Assembly: GCA_009103225.1 (NCBI GenBank)
Contig: RHPI01000772.1
Location: 227,538-291,537 of the forward strand
Reading direction: 5' to 3'
Origin: Chlorokybus atmophyticus
Lineage: Eukaryota; Plantae; Mesostigma and Chlorokybus algae
Length of the DNA: 64,000 bases
In this document: positions 37,178 through 54,102 of the stretch, one piece after another
Layout of the letters: every line of letters begins with the position of its first letter
How positions within the stretch are numbered: position 1 is the first letter of the stretch
Notes under the pieces: generated by a model
The model's database searches: none
The model's input: the letters and a program-made list of their open reading frames with translations, nothing else
Told to the model about the DNA's origin: nothing
Translations under genes and position numbers: made by a program

Positions 37178-37195
37178 GGTGTTTAGAAAAACACC
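37178..37195 (-). terminator. Replication-dependent-histone-type 3' stem-loop
   Basis: Minus strand reads AAAT-GGTGTTT-TTCT-AAACACC-ACCC, about 120 nt downstream of the H4 stop. Confidence 0.72.
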
Positions 37196-37315
37196 ATTTG
37201 AGCTACAGCTGAGGCTGAAGCTTGACTTGAAGAGAGGCTCAGACCAGGCAAGGCTTCTGCTTCTGCTTCTGCTTCTCTTCCTTTCAGAAGCTTCTGTTGC
37301 TTCTCCTCTCACCGC

Positions 37316-40511
<3,196 letters not shown>

Positions 40512-41124
40512 GTGCGTGTGCAATTGTTATTGTGTGCTTCTGGCAATGTGCTTTGGTGAGGGGGCTGCAGACTAGTGCTGTTGGGATCGGTTTTGATGTG
40601 ATATAGTGGAAGGCGCAGCACACATGCGCGTGAATATGTTGTAATGTTCTTATCGCACACCCATCTTGCGTTTGTGGTGGGTACATTGCAACGTGCTCAG
40701 TGGCATCCGAGGCAACAAACAGACTGCACCACATATTTAATTTTTGCTGTGATTGTCGCCGTGCTCGGCTCCGCTCCCCTCGGCTCGGCTCGTTGCGCAT
40801 ACATAATCCACCACACAACGACTAGACTCTGAGCTTGAACAATATCACTGAACATAAGGGCAGGGCAACAGGCAATTGAGCGCTGAAGGTTGTTGATTGT
40901 GTTTGCGCCCCAGATAAATATGTTGCATGGCAGTACAAGTCTATTGAAGAGCTGTGCAATATAACCACCTACCACTTGTGAAATGTTACACGTTAACACG
41001 TTAATCATGAAATACAACGGCGCACTTTAGACTACGCACTGTCAATCTATCCAACACACGTGCACGAGTCGCATGTCACAACACACAATTGCACTTCGCA
41101 TCAAATGTACACAACATGCTACCA

Positions 41125-42592
41125 TCATCTGCTCGTAGATGCGAGCGCTGGGCCGTTAAGCAGCTCCCGTTTGCTCTGCAGCATGACGGCCGACCTCGTC
41201 ACCCGAGCGCCGAAGAACTGCTCACGCGCGAATGCCCCCGACGCCTGCGACCCGGAGCTGGGCTGGGGAAGGGAGGAGCTGGGGAGAACAACCACTTGGA
41301 AGGGGCCTTGCCTGAGATGTAACATGGGATCATTATCGAGCTTAGCGAAAACATCACCGCAACACGCAATGCCTGCAGAACAACAATGCTTGCAGTGATA
41401 TGTGTCTGCAGCATTCTAGTTACTGCAGACATTGATTTTCTGATGACACTCTAGACAAGTGCTGTGCGGCACATGCTCGTGCATGTCGAGTATAGACCAA
41501 CCCTAACACATTGTGTGCGAAACACCTCGCTACTTACTTGGAGGGCGCGGGCCCAGCAATAGTGTTCTTTTTGCGTTTCCTTCTAGGCGCATTGCTCGGG
41601 GCAACAGTGCTGGATGGCTGCGCATCCGCAGACGTCTCCCTAACAAATGCATGAGATGACAAGTCAGTCGCTAAGTCATACCTTCAAGTCTTGCAATGAC
41701 AAGCAGCAAGCATACCTCGGTCGCGCTGCGACAGCTGCGATCACACTGTCGGGGAGAAGGTCATCATCGCTACCATGCTCGACGTCATCATCACCATCAT
41801 CACCAGCTGCGCGGGACGGCGCCGCTGCTGGCTCGGACTCTACTGCTGTTGTTGCTTCAACATCGTTGGCTCCACCACCACCAACATGACGGACATGCTG
41901 CTGATCCTCCTTGGCTTGGTCTTCTCCTTGCTCGTCTGCTTGGTGTTCTGCTTGACCTTTTCCTTCAACGATTTGTACTGTGCTGCTGCGCTTGCGTCTC
42001 CTATCCTTCTCTACTCTAGCAACTCTGCACATGAGAGTGTTGACAGCCGCAAGCATTGCTGCAGACATGGAGAGAGTTGTATGGAAACAGCATAACTGCT
42101 GTGCCAGTCAGTCTGTGCAAACAACGCTTCGTACTGCTGGCGTGTGCGACGCTCTTCCGACAGCTGTAGCCTCGCAGACTCCCTGCCCTGTTCCCAAACA
42201 TCACAGTGAGCTGTTTGTTTGCTTGTTGCGCAACAGCTGGCAACAGTACAATAACAACTGCAGCACAGTCAAGCTTGCTTAGCTTGTAGCACCACAAAGC
42301 ATAGCACTGGATACTGCTGAAGTTTTTCACCAACCGTGCGCTGTGCAATTGCAAGTATGCAGCTGAACCGCTTGTTAATTACCCCTAAACAGCCATACCC
42401 TTGCTGCATGGGAAGGATGTTGTGATGCTCACTCTGACATTACACGCACGCACGCACAGCAGCGCTCAAGTCAGACGGGCGGACATCCCCGCTTACCGAC
42501 GTCAGTGTGACCTCCTCGGGAGCGCCCTCATCGTCACTATCGTTAGCCTGCACCGGCAAGTCCACCTGCGCGGCCGTCATTGGCCTGCCCAT
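41125..42592 (-). CDS. NOL7/Bud21-like nucleolar protein (tentative)
   Basis: DSDDEGAPEEVTL followed by charged helix SARLQLSEERRTRQQ...EKDRRRKR, and C-terminal AFAREQFFGARVTRS. The resemblance is from memory. Confidence 0.45.
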
Positions 42593-43950
42593 GCCTTTGC
42601 TGCTAGTCGGCCTCCTGGCCGCCGTCACCGCCGCCGCCGCCGCAACCTCTACTCGGATTCTGGGTCTTAGGACAATGGTCTGAGCGACCTTGGAGCAAGT
42701 AGGTCCTGGGTCGCTTGAAAATATCGGGATCCTTACATGTGTTACCATGAATCAAGGCGAGCAATGAGGCTCATTGGGCCACATTACTTGCCATGATTTA
42801 AGCGATAAGCAATGCCACTTGGGCATGATTCATGCCCAAGTGGCATTGCTTAACGCGAATGGTGAACCCTTCTGCAACAGTGTAGTGCTCATGTGCTGCT
42901 CTTGTTGTACAAATACAACTCATAACATTACGAAAAAAAGCCGTTTATTAAAAATGGTATATAAATATTATAAATTGTAACCTATCAATATGAAGCTGTC
43001 ATCTCCTGCCATGTCTCTCCCCAAGCTCGGGTCTCTTTGGTATAATGTAGCTTGGAGTTATTTGAAACAGCTGTCCGGATCTGAGAAAGGCCTCCCAAAA
43101 TTCTTCGACTACAAAAATGCGCTGGTAGCGCAATGCCAAACGACTTTTTATTCATTGTTTATCCTCACCTCATCAATATAGATGGACTGCTCAACCTTCA
43201 CTGTCTTAACGTTGTTCAGGCACTTTTAAAGGCCTGCAACACATAAAGTGTTGTAAGAGCACCCACCTCGCATGTATACTACGCACATGGCATCTAAACA
43301 AGCATTGATATCATATAAGAGCGTGACTCTACTAGTGTACTATATTGCATCAGAAGTCGAGAACAGCGACGCATAACATGAGTATAGTCTCCTTGGCGAT
43401 TATCATCAATGCACTTCAATTGAATATCAGATTATAATTTAGACAAATGACTCTGCACAACCTACGACTATAAGAATATGAATAATAAGAAAGCAACAAC
43501 TCCGGCCTACATAACCCTTAAAGTTGCATGAAGCAAACTCAAGTATCGCGTGTACCAGAGTGCAAATGGACAAGTATGCAAGAGGCAAGCTAGCAAGCGG
43601 CAGCAGCATAGGTTAAGAGGGGGCCAACATAGAGTTACAATCACAAAACTAACTCCAAGCTAGGACATGGACCTTAACAAGAGCACAAGCATTAGACCCT
43701 CAGGCAGCCACAAGACAAGGTGGAGCAGCAGGTTGCAAGGCAGATGATAAGGACAACCTGCAGAGCGCAGCAGGTAGGCAGAGGGAGAGGTCAGGCCGGA
43801 GGTCCTACTACTAAATATTCAACGGACGCTCCACCTAATTGATCATACATGCACAACCTGCACCTTGAGGCCAATCGAAAATGGCTCAACAACGGGTGAC
43901 AATACACAAAATGCTCCTCAATACACAACGCGTCGCCCCAACGAAGAACA

Positions 43951-45073
43951 TCACTCTGAAAACTTCAAGCTAACGCTGTTCACACAATGGCGCTCATCCG
44001 TTGGTGTCTTGAAACCCTGCCACATAATTGAATTGCATGTTACGAATATGAAAGCACTAGCAGTACAAACAACAGCATAACACAGGCCACCGCAACAGCA
44101 TGGTAGTTTCTAACCTCGCCTTTGAACACATGCCCAAGGTGGCCGTCACAATTGGCGCACACGATCTCGATTCTGCGCCCGTCTGCATCTGTATTGCGCT
44201 TCACCGCGCCAGGGACAGTATCAAAGAAGGCTGGCCACCCGCAACTGTGAACGCAGGATGTGTGTCACACACACAGTTATGCCTCACTCTGGACTAAACA
44301 CAGATGTGCAAACACTGTACGTGCTGTTTACCCCGAGTCGAACTTGGTGTCTGCTGTGTACAGGGCAGCTCCGCAGGCTGCACAGTTGTATGTGCCTGTT
44401 TTAGGGTAGTGCTTATTGTACTCGCCTGAGCCAGCGTACTCTGTGCCTGCGAAAGGCAACAGACAAGCTTTAGTGTAGAAACTCCAATCTGAACATACGA
44501 TATTGATGATCTTGACAAGTAGCCGTGCTTTTGTGCTGCGGTTTTGGCAAGTTCTGGCAATGCAGCCACTCACAACTCAGCCCTATCTGCGGTTAACCCC
44601 CAGGCAAATACGTTTGCCACCAATGCTCTCTCCCCTTGCTCTCACCCCCTCACCGCACTTACCCGCCTATACAGCCACTGCTCAAGCAGCATAGCGTGTG
44701 CATCTTGAACATGCTGATTGTGTAGGTATAGCAACCAGCAACAGATGGACAGCACCAAAACAAACGGTGACAATGTCTTGTGCATGCTGACAGCATGCAC
44801 AATCATACCTTTCTTCCTTAGCACACGGAACTGCTCTGGGCTCAGCACCGCTCGCCACTCCTCGTCCGTCTTCTGCCAAGCGCAGGAGACATGGGACGGT
44901 GAGAAGCAGCAGCCGCACAGTCGCACGCATCACACGCATGCATGTGACAAAGTGTTAGCATCAGCCGCTGCTTATTAATACTTGCCAACCCAAGTTTCAA
45001 CAGGCGGAACACTCACATATACATGCAAGCATGCTGCGACACTTCGCAAGGCACGCACCTGGCCTGGCGCCAT
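43951..45073 (-). CDS. MSRB: Methionine-R-sulfoxide reductase B, short (cytosolic-type)
   Basis: MAPGQ|[22 protein letters not shown]...CAAC...KFDSG(C)GWPAF...[12 protein letters not shown]...DERHCVNS. Confidence 0.95.
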
Positions 45074-46284
45074 GGCTCACGCCACACAACCAGCTATAGG
45101 ATATCTCTGTCAGGCTCTCAACGTGTGCTACCGACTAACAACTCCTAGAGAAGCTGCGCCACGCCGCCGCCGCCGCCGCTGCTTTCGACCACGTGGCAGG
45201 AAGTAGCTCAACGCAGCTTAGTCAGGGTGCCCTATATGAGCAAACACCAGCGAAGGGACACAGCGTACACATCAGTGCACCGTGGCGGTATCGATATAGG
45301 AGTATTATGGTGAGCATATGCTGCTTTGTGCATTCCAGCTTCAGTGAGTAGTAGCACCAAGCACCATCAAGATGCCACCATGGTCCATGGCACAGTCATA
45401 ACCTTGTCAGAATTTAAGGATTTCGCATCAAAAGTTCGGACTCTGAACGCCGGGTTAAATCCAAAGCTTATGACGCATCTAGGCCTGCACCGCCCTGGAA
45501 CTCGTGTCCAAAAGCCTTCTGGCAAAACGCCTTGTCGCCAGTTTACAACGAGTGTCAAAGTTTGCGTCATGCGCCATGCTTACAGAGAAACCGGTACGTG
45601 GAAGTTCGGCTGCAACGGCTCGCTTGAAGCGAGTCGCTTCACCTGTGTTGAGCAAATTCCCACATCATCACTCAGCATTGCGCTCATTGCCAGCTGGCAG
45701 CTGCCACCTACCAAGCGAGCTGTGTAAAGCGAGGCGGAGGTGGGGCGGGCGTTGGTGGCGTCGACAATGCTGTTGGTGAGTGCTGCCGGCTGCGGCCAGC
45801 TCTCTACTGTACTGATGAGGCTGGCCCCAGGCCCCAGGCGGGGCAGGAGAACGGCAGCAGGACGGGGGAGACAGCTGTGCTGAGGGTGGACATTTACCTT
45901 GGTTAATCTAGTCTTGTTGCGTTGTGGTGGTTGTGGTTGTTATAGCTGTTGTGGTTGTTAGTTTTGCTGCTTCAAGGCAGCAAGCTGGTGCCATTGACGA
46001 AACGGGCCAAATTGTACCGAGATGTGCTGTGCGGCCTGGCGGTGGGCAATGACGGCTTTCTCAGTCATTGCACTGTGTTTGTAAGGCTGCTTAGTGTTTG
46101 TGGCTTCTAGTACTACGTTACGGACAGACAGACAGTTGCACAGGACTTTGTCTAGGGTTGGACTTGCGTGCTTAGTTGAAGGTAGGCTTCTACTACCTAA
46201 GTAGACTGTGTTTTTCACTTTGCGTTGCGCCCGCCGTCTAGCGGTCAGGAGAAGCTTAGCTTGGCCTGCCCTGGTCTGGTCGCC

Positions 46285-49200
46285 ATGGCGCCATTCCGTG
46301 TGGAGTGCGATATTCCCATGAACGTGACGCAGTACTTTATAGAGCGGGACACAGCGGCTTTCAGGGCGCTCACCTGCAAGGTATGGTCTCCCCTCAGTGT
46401 TGGTGCTTGTTCACATTGTGCATGCTGCTTTAGCGAAAGGCATTGGACGAGCAGCTGCGAAACCACTGCTGCTACGGCAGTGCAGGGGTCTCACAAGAGT
46501 CACTGCACTGCCGTAGCAGCTGTGGTTTTCCTCACAATGCGTGCTGGGATGCTTAGTACAGCGTTGAAGGCCACCATATTGAGTGTTTGTGTTGATGGTA
46601 GCTTATGCCGTGCTTCATAGGTGCTTGGGATGAAAGGCATGCGCGTGACAGAGGCATGGGCTGACAAAGAAGGACACCCTTGCATCAAACTTGTCACAAT
46701 TCCCAATGTTGATATACCCAAGTAAGATCTTGCTCGTGTTCTTGTGTTGTGGTGTTGCATGAGACAGAGTGCATACCATGTACAATGAGCGACTTGTAGA
46801 CAGAGTGTTTGCATGTTGTATGCATGCAATATGCCTCGCGTATGAGACGGCACTCTTCCGGTGGCATGGGCATTCCCTCATTTTTTGTGCCAGGACATTG
46901 GTGCGGTTTCTTGGCGGTGAGGATTTTACCTTCACAGATATACTCACTTACCCGCTGCCAAGCCATGAAGAAAAGTCTTCGTACCAGCTCAAGTTCATGA
47001 CGATACCACCAATCCAACCCAAAAAGGCGGACATCAGCGGGACGCTCACTTTTGTGCGCATCGATGATTCACATTGCAAACAGGTGGGCACAGTGACATG
47101 TACCATACACGACATCTCAACATTCTTGCTGTCGGTATGATTGTGGCTGATTGCTGTGGTTGGTCGCAGGTGTTGGATGGTCATGTGGACGTGAGGGTAT
47201 TTGGCCTGAGCACAGTCATAGAGAACATTGTCACACAGAGCTTAAAAGAGACTTACAAGCAGGTTTGGGCAAAGTGCTTTGCAGATGTTGATTATCATGA
47301 TGTTGTTCATTATGTACAATGTGCGCTGAATGCTTATTGACACTTGATGGGTAATAGTGCCTGCTTGTGTACATGCTGTCTCTTAGCTCCCAAAGGTGAT
47401 GGAGCTGTGGCTGCTTATAAGGGAGCAAGTCTTGCGTGAGCATGCTAACGGCCGCGCGCACAACGGCCCGGAGTCCATCAACAAGTCAGTTGAGGCTCTC
47501 AACAGGATTCTGCCCCCGTGGAGTGGCCACACAGTAGAAGACAGCGCACGACTGGCAAATGAGTTCAATCGACCAGAAGCCGTCGCCGCAGCTGAAGAAG
47601 TTGCGTTGTCTGCAAAGAACTATGGCAAAGGTACGGCAGACGACAGGCAGCTGTGAGTGTGATTGTGACTGTGTTGTCAGCAAGGCCGCATCATGCGGCC
47701 TTGCATGCGGTTATTATGGTTGCTTTCATCCGGTTGGCATGCAAATCATGTAGTCGCATCATGTCGCATGGACAGCTGGTGCTCATTGTTGCATGCATGC
47801 TCGCTACAAGACAAACTGGAGAACCAACCCTTGGCATGTTTGCCACTCATTGCGTCAGCTTGGCATGTGTGCCACCAGTGGATATTGTGATATGCGCACA
47901 TAGAGTTGTCAGCACTGCGAATGTTGTTCAAAAGCCACCTGTGGTCAACCCTCTACGTGTGCAATGCACGCATATTGTGTCGACCATAGATGGTGTTGAT
48001 TGGATGCCTCCTCACCAGGTTTATTCCACAGGCAAGAAGAAGCCTGAGTCCACAGTGGTGACCGTCTCATCACCCGTTGCGATGACAACAGGTGTGTGTG
48101 TCACCAAGTTGCTGCGTGCATTGACTGTATGTTCATGCGCATACCATCTGTTGTCACAAGTAATCCCTGAGGCATTTGTTCCGCATGCATTGTATCTGCA
48201 TGAACATGCAGACGTGTGCATGTTGTCTGCAGCAAGCGTCTCAACTCGCAATGTGTTTTGTGCCTTGCATTGTAAGTAGCATCCACACACACAGTGCCCT
48301 CAAGCGACAGTTGCGCACAGACAGGCCTTCACCGATCTCAGAAGAGCAATTAATTACAAGGCCGGAGGACACGCACGTTGAGATTGCGGTCACGTCCACA
48401 TCCACGTCAACAGTTCCCCTTGACAACCCTGCAATCCAGCTTCAACCTGCATCCATGCTGCCGATCGTGGCAGCCGAGAGTCCTGAGGCTCCCGCGAGGC
48501 TGGAGAAGAAGCTCACACGCCAAAACACCGTGTATTACGACGCGGTGGCCTCCAACCCTCACGCCAGCATGATCGGGTTGATGAAGATGAGAACTGGCAC
48601 TGCCATGCAGTCGTCCATCTTCTTTGATGCACTGCCCATCTTCGGCAACTCCGACAATCTTCAGGTGAGGCCTGTGCAGTCTTTGTTGCCTGCATTTTGT
48701 TATGTGTTGGTGTCTCAATGAGTGTGTTTGTTCCTGCAGACGTTGAATTATGAAGATAGACAGCAGAGCAGCGATTTGTCTTCGTTCGATCCTTCAAGCA
48801 ACCCGAGCAGTGGTACAAATACGCCAACTGCTGGCCCTAGACCAACGCATCGCAGGTGAGTGTTGTGCACCATCAACCAACATGCCAGCGCAGTTGCGTA
48901 CAAGCCTTCAGCAGTCATCAACCGCTGTACCGCATCATGTTGCAACAATAATATGTTGTGTGATGAAGGCGTAAGTCGGACTGGACGAGAGCATCCCTGC
49001 GTTGGCTGGAGGTGTTCAACAAGGTGCACGCGACCGTGCCAAGGGCAGATATGCCGTGGCACAACACCCAGAACAAGGCGTCCAAGACGCAACTTGCAGT
49101 CGCGCGCTGGAACCTCAAGAGGAAACTCTGGAGGGCAGCCAGCTCGGTACGTATCCCGAACATTGATGGAGTCTGTGAAGCTCATGCATTGTCGCCTATG

Positions 49201-49431
49201 TGCCCTGCTTGTGTGCGAGTGTACGCCTGCACGCGCGCATCTGTCTATGTGTGCTTGTGTGTGCATGTCGATGACTTTTGCTGGAAACAGGCTGGCAGCA
49301 GTCTCAGGCAAGGAGCCAAAGCATCCATCAATGCCGTAACACCCACCAAAACCAAGTCACCTGGCTGCAAATGCTTTGGCCCATCGCCCACAGCCGAAGC
49401 CGACCATACCAGACCAGGAGGTGTTAGTTAA
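46285..49431 (+). CDS. START/SRPBCC-fold (DUF2505-like) protein with long low-complexity C-terminus
   Basis: MAPFRVECDIPM...FTFTDILTY...ISGTLTFVRIDDSHCKQ|VLDGHVDVRVFGLSTVIENIVTQSLKETY|LPKVM fits a helix-grip fold. The 3' exons are less certain. Confidence 0.5.
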
Positions 49432-49802
49432 CAAAACCTGTACTCGTTCGCCCTGTGGCACATGTTTCCCTTGTTGAACTCAACCTAGATGTACATCTCA
49501 ACTTATGCGGTACTAGCATCGCGCGCTTGAAAAACTGGTGTGCAGCTTGCGCAGTGCGTTGTATGTTAGTGAGCCCTGTGCTCTTGGTGGTGAAACTGCA
49601 TAGAAATATTAACTCATGCAGTCAAGTGTACAGTTTTACACTTGAAGTCGGTCGAGATCACAGCTGCAAGGATCATCGGTGACTTGCAGTGCATATCCGC
49701 GTGCCTTTATTGCACCAGGCAGTGTTTCAAGTTATTACGGACATATATGTGCGCTCTGCATGTGTGTGATGATCTGGCTACCCTTGTTGTGCCCATGAGT
49801 GC

Positions 49803-50055
49803 AGCCCACTGTGTTGAATTGAGCTTGTGGTTGAAGGCCAACTGCAGGCAGTTCTGTGCCGCCCAACCACTCGGGCACTCGGCATATGTTGCGCAATACC
49901 ACCACATTGCATGCCATGTACAACGATGCGAACAGCTTCCAAGCCCACTGTGTTGAGTTGAGTTTGTGGTTGAAGGCCAATTGCAGGCAGTCTTATGCCG
50001 CTCAACCCCTGGCACTGTGTTGCACATGCCATGTACAACGATGCAAACAGCCTCT
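49803..50055 (+). repeat. Diverged two-copy tandem duplication (period about 139 bp), intergenic
   Basis: AGCCCACTGTGTTGARTTGAG...CATGCCATGTACAACGATGC starts at 49803 and again at 49942; the second copy has an internal deletion. Confidence 0.85.
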
Positions 50056-50572
50056 AACAATCGGTATACAGTGCAAAACCTCCAGCGTTCAGGAATGCTG
50101 TTAAAGAAGCTGCTTTGATGCTAGGTGTGTCTAGCTGTTCTCGTTAACAGGTGCAGCAACCTAGGCAGAATGTAGGATGTTGGCATCATGGTCACATACA
50201 GCAACACAGGGTTTGCTGAACTTCTCTTGACTTTGTACCATCTCCCACACCAGGCGCTCCATTGTTGATGTGACATAGTAGGCGCACAAGCACGAACGGC
50301 TTAAGCAACTTCAAATCAGTTGAAGTACTGCCATGAGCCAACCACTCAATGGCATAGGCACGAGGAACGAGGAATGCTGAAAGCCAGGCATACAACAGAT
50401 CGACAATAAAACAGACTGGTAATCTCATACACAAGGGTAACAGCGCTTGAGTGAAGCAATATGCCATGCATATTGCTGTTCATACTAGGCAATCGGAAAA
50501 TCAACCAATGCACTAACCAACAACAAGAACTCCTGCTACAATGTACAAAACCAAAAACCAAAAACACCCTGC

Positions 50573-51860
50573 TTATTCCGCTGGCGTGAATGTCAAGCTA
50601 ATGCTGTTCACGCAATGCCGCTCATCAGTCGGAGTCGGGAAACCCTGCATGACAACCAGATGTCAGTCACAATATAAGCTGATACCCGCCCACACTACAG
50701 TCCCACCACATTACAACAAACCCACCTCGCCCTTGAAGACGTGGCCCAAGTGGCCGTCGCACTTGGCGCACACAATCTCCACGCGATAGCCGTCCGCGTC
50801 AGTGTTGGTCTTGATGGCCCCGGGCACGCCCTCGTAAAAAGCAGGCCAACCACACCTGCACACACAGCATGTTTCACTTGTGTGTTTGCATCAAAAGAGC
50901 AGCTTCTCGCGCAAGACATGCTTCTTCCCTTGCTTACCCTGAGTTGAACTTTGTCTTGGATGTGTAGAGAGGAGCCCCGCAGCCCGCGCAGTTGTACGTG
51001 CCCTCATCGTAGTGCTTGTTGTACTCGCCTGTACCAGGATACTCTGTGCCTGCACGACATTTGAAGCTTCATCACTAGATTCAACCCACAACTATATGAC
51101 ATACACGACCTTTCTTGCCTTCTGGAGAAATGCGTGCACGCAAAAGAGCACCCGCTTGCCTGTATACGTACGCGCGTGCATATGCATATGCATGCGCGCA
51201 GGCAACTGCAACTGCATCTGCAATCTTGCATGGGGGCTGAAACCGGTGCAGATGGGCAGACTTGTTTGTGCATGCATGCATGCTTGCATTGTTATGACAA
51301 GAAACATGGGCGTACCTTTCTTGCGCAAGATGCGAAACTGCTCCGGGCTCAAGATAGCTCGCCATTCCTCGTCTGTTTTCTGCTTTGCAACGAAGCAACA
51401 ACCCACACATCAACACTTGCATACCACCAGTCTTCTCCTCTCTTTCACACATAACTCATCAATAACTCACTCTGCCTCACTCCTCCTTCACCGATTCCAC
51501 ACACCCGCCACAACCCCCAACTCCTGTACATAGCCAGGCTGCATGCGTAACAAACCATACCACGCCATCTGTGCATGCATGGCAGACAGCAGCTGTGCTG
51601 ACCTGCACGCTGACGTCTGAGGCGGACATGGTAACGGTCGCCATGCGTCTGGACGACAACGAAGACGACGACGACGATGACGACCATGAGGCGGCGGGCA
51701 AAGCCAGCCTCACTCCAGCGAAGCTTCCGCGGCACACTGCGGCAGGAACCCCTGCGGCCTGCTGCCTCCGCTGCCTGCAGAGCGAACCCGCCGCCGCCGC
51801 CGCGACAGGCCGCACAGCCACGGACACACCCCTCACGGACGACATCGCCAAAGACGCCAT
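50573..51860 (-). CDS. MSRB: Methionine-R-sulfoxide reductase B with plastid transit-peptide-like N-terminus
   Basis: S/A/R-rich ~85-aa leader, then [15 protein letters not shown]...GCGWPAF...[12 protein letters not shown]...DERHCVNS. Confidence 0.95.
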
Positions 51861-51978
51861 GAGAGAGAGAGACAAGGACAACACCGCCAACACCTGCAAC
51901 ACCACCGCCTCCGCCAACTCAGACTGACACTTGCGCCAAGAAACATGTATGCAACAGGTTTATGTGTACTTTGCCACG

Positions 51979-52107
51979 TCGCTTGTGCGGCAGCGCACAA
52001 GAGTCTCGTTCGCCCTATCCGCTCGCTTGTGCGGCAGCGCACAGGAAAAGTGGCTTCGGCGCTCAGACGCTGCCACGTTTTTAGGGTTTGACGTGAATTA
52101 GGGTTTT
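51979..52107. promoter_or_regulatory. MsrB/bS21 divergent promoter elements
   Basis: 21-bp repeat TCGCTTGTGCGGCAGCGCACA at 51979 and 52023. TGCCACGT motifs at about 51972 and 52071. Telo-boxes TTAGGGTTT at 52081 and 52098. Confidence 0.5.
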
Positions 52108-52223
52108 AGTGGCGGCGACAAGGTTGGCGGCAGCGGCGGTGGGAGCGGCGGTGTTGGGGTTCGAGGAGAGAGGGAATCGAAGGTAGGCGGGAACAGTGGG
52201 ATTCCGTTGTCTGGTTGCTCAAG

Positions 52224-53132
52224 ATGGCCGGGATTATGGGGCACCTGATCAACACGCAGTTCTTCTGGAAGGCGCATTCCGGAGGCTGCAATGTCTTCAT
52301 CAACGTGGGCGACTCTGAGCCTCCGGAATCAGCCATCCGCCGCCTCCGTAAGGCCATCATGTCCGCAGACGTCATTAACGAGGTGAGACCAGACGGTTTT
52401 CTCAGCTGAGGTCGCTGCCAGTGCACTCTTGTTCATGCCGAGACAATGCACATCTGCCGTCTGCATTTAGCTCCATTTTTCTGATCTTGTATTGCATCGT
52501 TGGCTTTGCCAACGGGCTTTCTTGTGATCTGTCTGCTGCGGCCTGTTTTATGGCGTTGCCCATGTGTACTCTGGGCGGCTCTGTTCGGGTACCAACAATT
52601 CTCCTGATCCTATCTCAAGTGACAGACAGAGTGACGATGTGTGCGTGAGCCTGCGCTTGCGCCCATGCTTGTGTTAGTGCCGTCGCTGCCTGCGCGCGTA
52701 TATGTGTGCGACTTTTCTTGTAGCAACAATGCTTCGCATCACAGTGTATTGCGAGATGACACACAATGGTTGTGTGTCCTACGCATGTAGTATGGCTATG
52801 GTACAGATCTCAACTGTGGCTTCTTGTTTATTTGGCAGTGCCGAAGGCGGCGATCGTTTGAGTCGACACAGGACCTCGCCAAGCGCAAGGCTTCGACCAA
52901 GAAGATGGCGCTGCGAAACAAGCCGAAGACCTTCTCGCAGAAGCGTGCAGAGACCGCGCTCAACCGCGCGCGCATGGAGCGACCTCCCTACCAGCCAAAG
53001 AGCTTCAACAATGGGCCCTCCAGCATGGACATGGGCGCATCATCATCAGCTGGCGCTGCGGCCTCTTCCGCGACCGCAGCGGCCGCATCGGCCCTTTCTG
53101 CAGCTGAGCCCGCCCTCGCTGGCGTGCCCTAA
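52224..53132 (+). CDS. RPS21: Organellar ribosomal protein bS21-like, paralog A (exons 52224-52382, 52839-53132)
   Basis: NVGDSEPPESAIRRLRKAIMSADVINE|CRRRRSFESTQDLAKRK matches the bS21 core. Confidence 0.8.
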
Positions 53133-54102
53133 GCATATTACATATGCACGTTGAGGTGCATCAGAAACACATACACACGCGCGCACGAACAAGACGCTCT
53201 TTGGGAGTGAGTTGGTCCCATAGTTGATGATTACAACACCCATGATAGGAGTTCTAACTATACTGCTATAACCTGGTGGCAGTCTGTGGCCCGCACTCTG
53301 CTGTCGGCGAGTTGAGATAGCTAACACAACTCTTTGACTTTGACATATATGCCTTTCTGCGTGCGTTGCGCTTTGGATTTCATGTAGGAGTTACGGTGTT
53401 GCACAGCTTGGACACTGTGATTGGCCTTGAATGGTCAACACAATGACGTCGCACATCCTTGCAGCTGATGCCAGGTTGCTAGCCACTACTGATACACTGA
53501 CACCAACCATTGCATACGCTGACTCTGGTGACATCTTGTGCTCGAGACAGTCTGTGCTACTCCTATTTTACTTTTTTTGGCCCATGTGTTTATGTGTTGC
53601 GCGCGTAGCCTGCAACACATGGGACAATTGCTCCTGTCACAACAGAGGACTGCATCGCAATCTCGCTTCGTGCTAGTAAATGGAAGCACCCAGTGTGTCA
53701 TTGGTGCATGCCCACAAGTTGTCCTACCGCAGGCACACAGGGTGTTGTGTATAATACTATGCCAAGGTCAAGCACCTACTGTCACAATGCAACACCAAAA
53801 GCAACCACAGCACTGCTGTGGAACAACTTGCTGCCATACATGCCTGCCGATGTCGTCACCAACAACACTTGTGTGCATGGGTAGCAAGCCAGCATGTCCT
53901 CAAGTTATACACGTCCAGGCTTCATATTTATACACCAAAATGGAGCCACCGTGTTGCCACACGAGACAATGCATCATCATTGCAGACCCAACACTGGCAA
54001 AATAAATGAGCACCTGCGCATTCAAGCATGTGCTGCAGCAATAGTGCTACTTACTAGAAGCTAGTGCAGTAAAGGGGGGAAAGAAGGGGCTAATCTGCTA
54101 CG

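Noticed and set aside
42930-43860. AT-rich stretch with short ORFs
   Set aside because: No motifs or terminal repeats; treated as intergenic.
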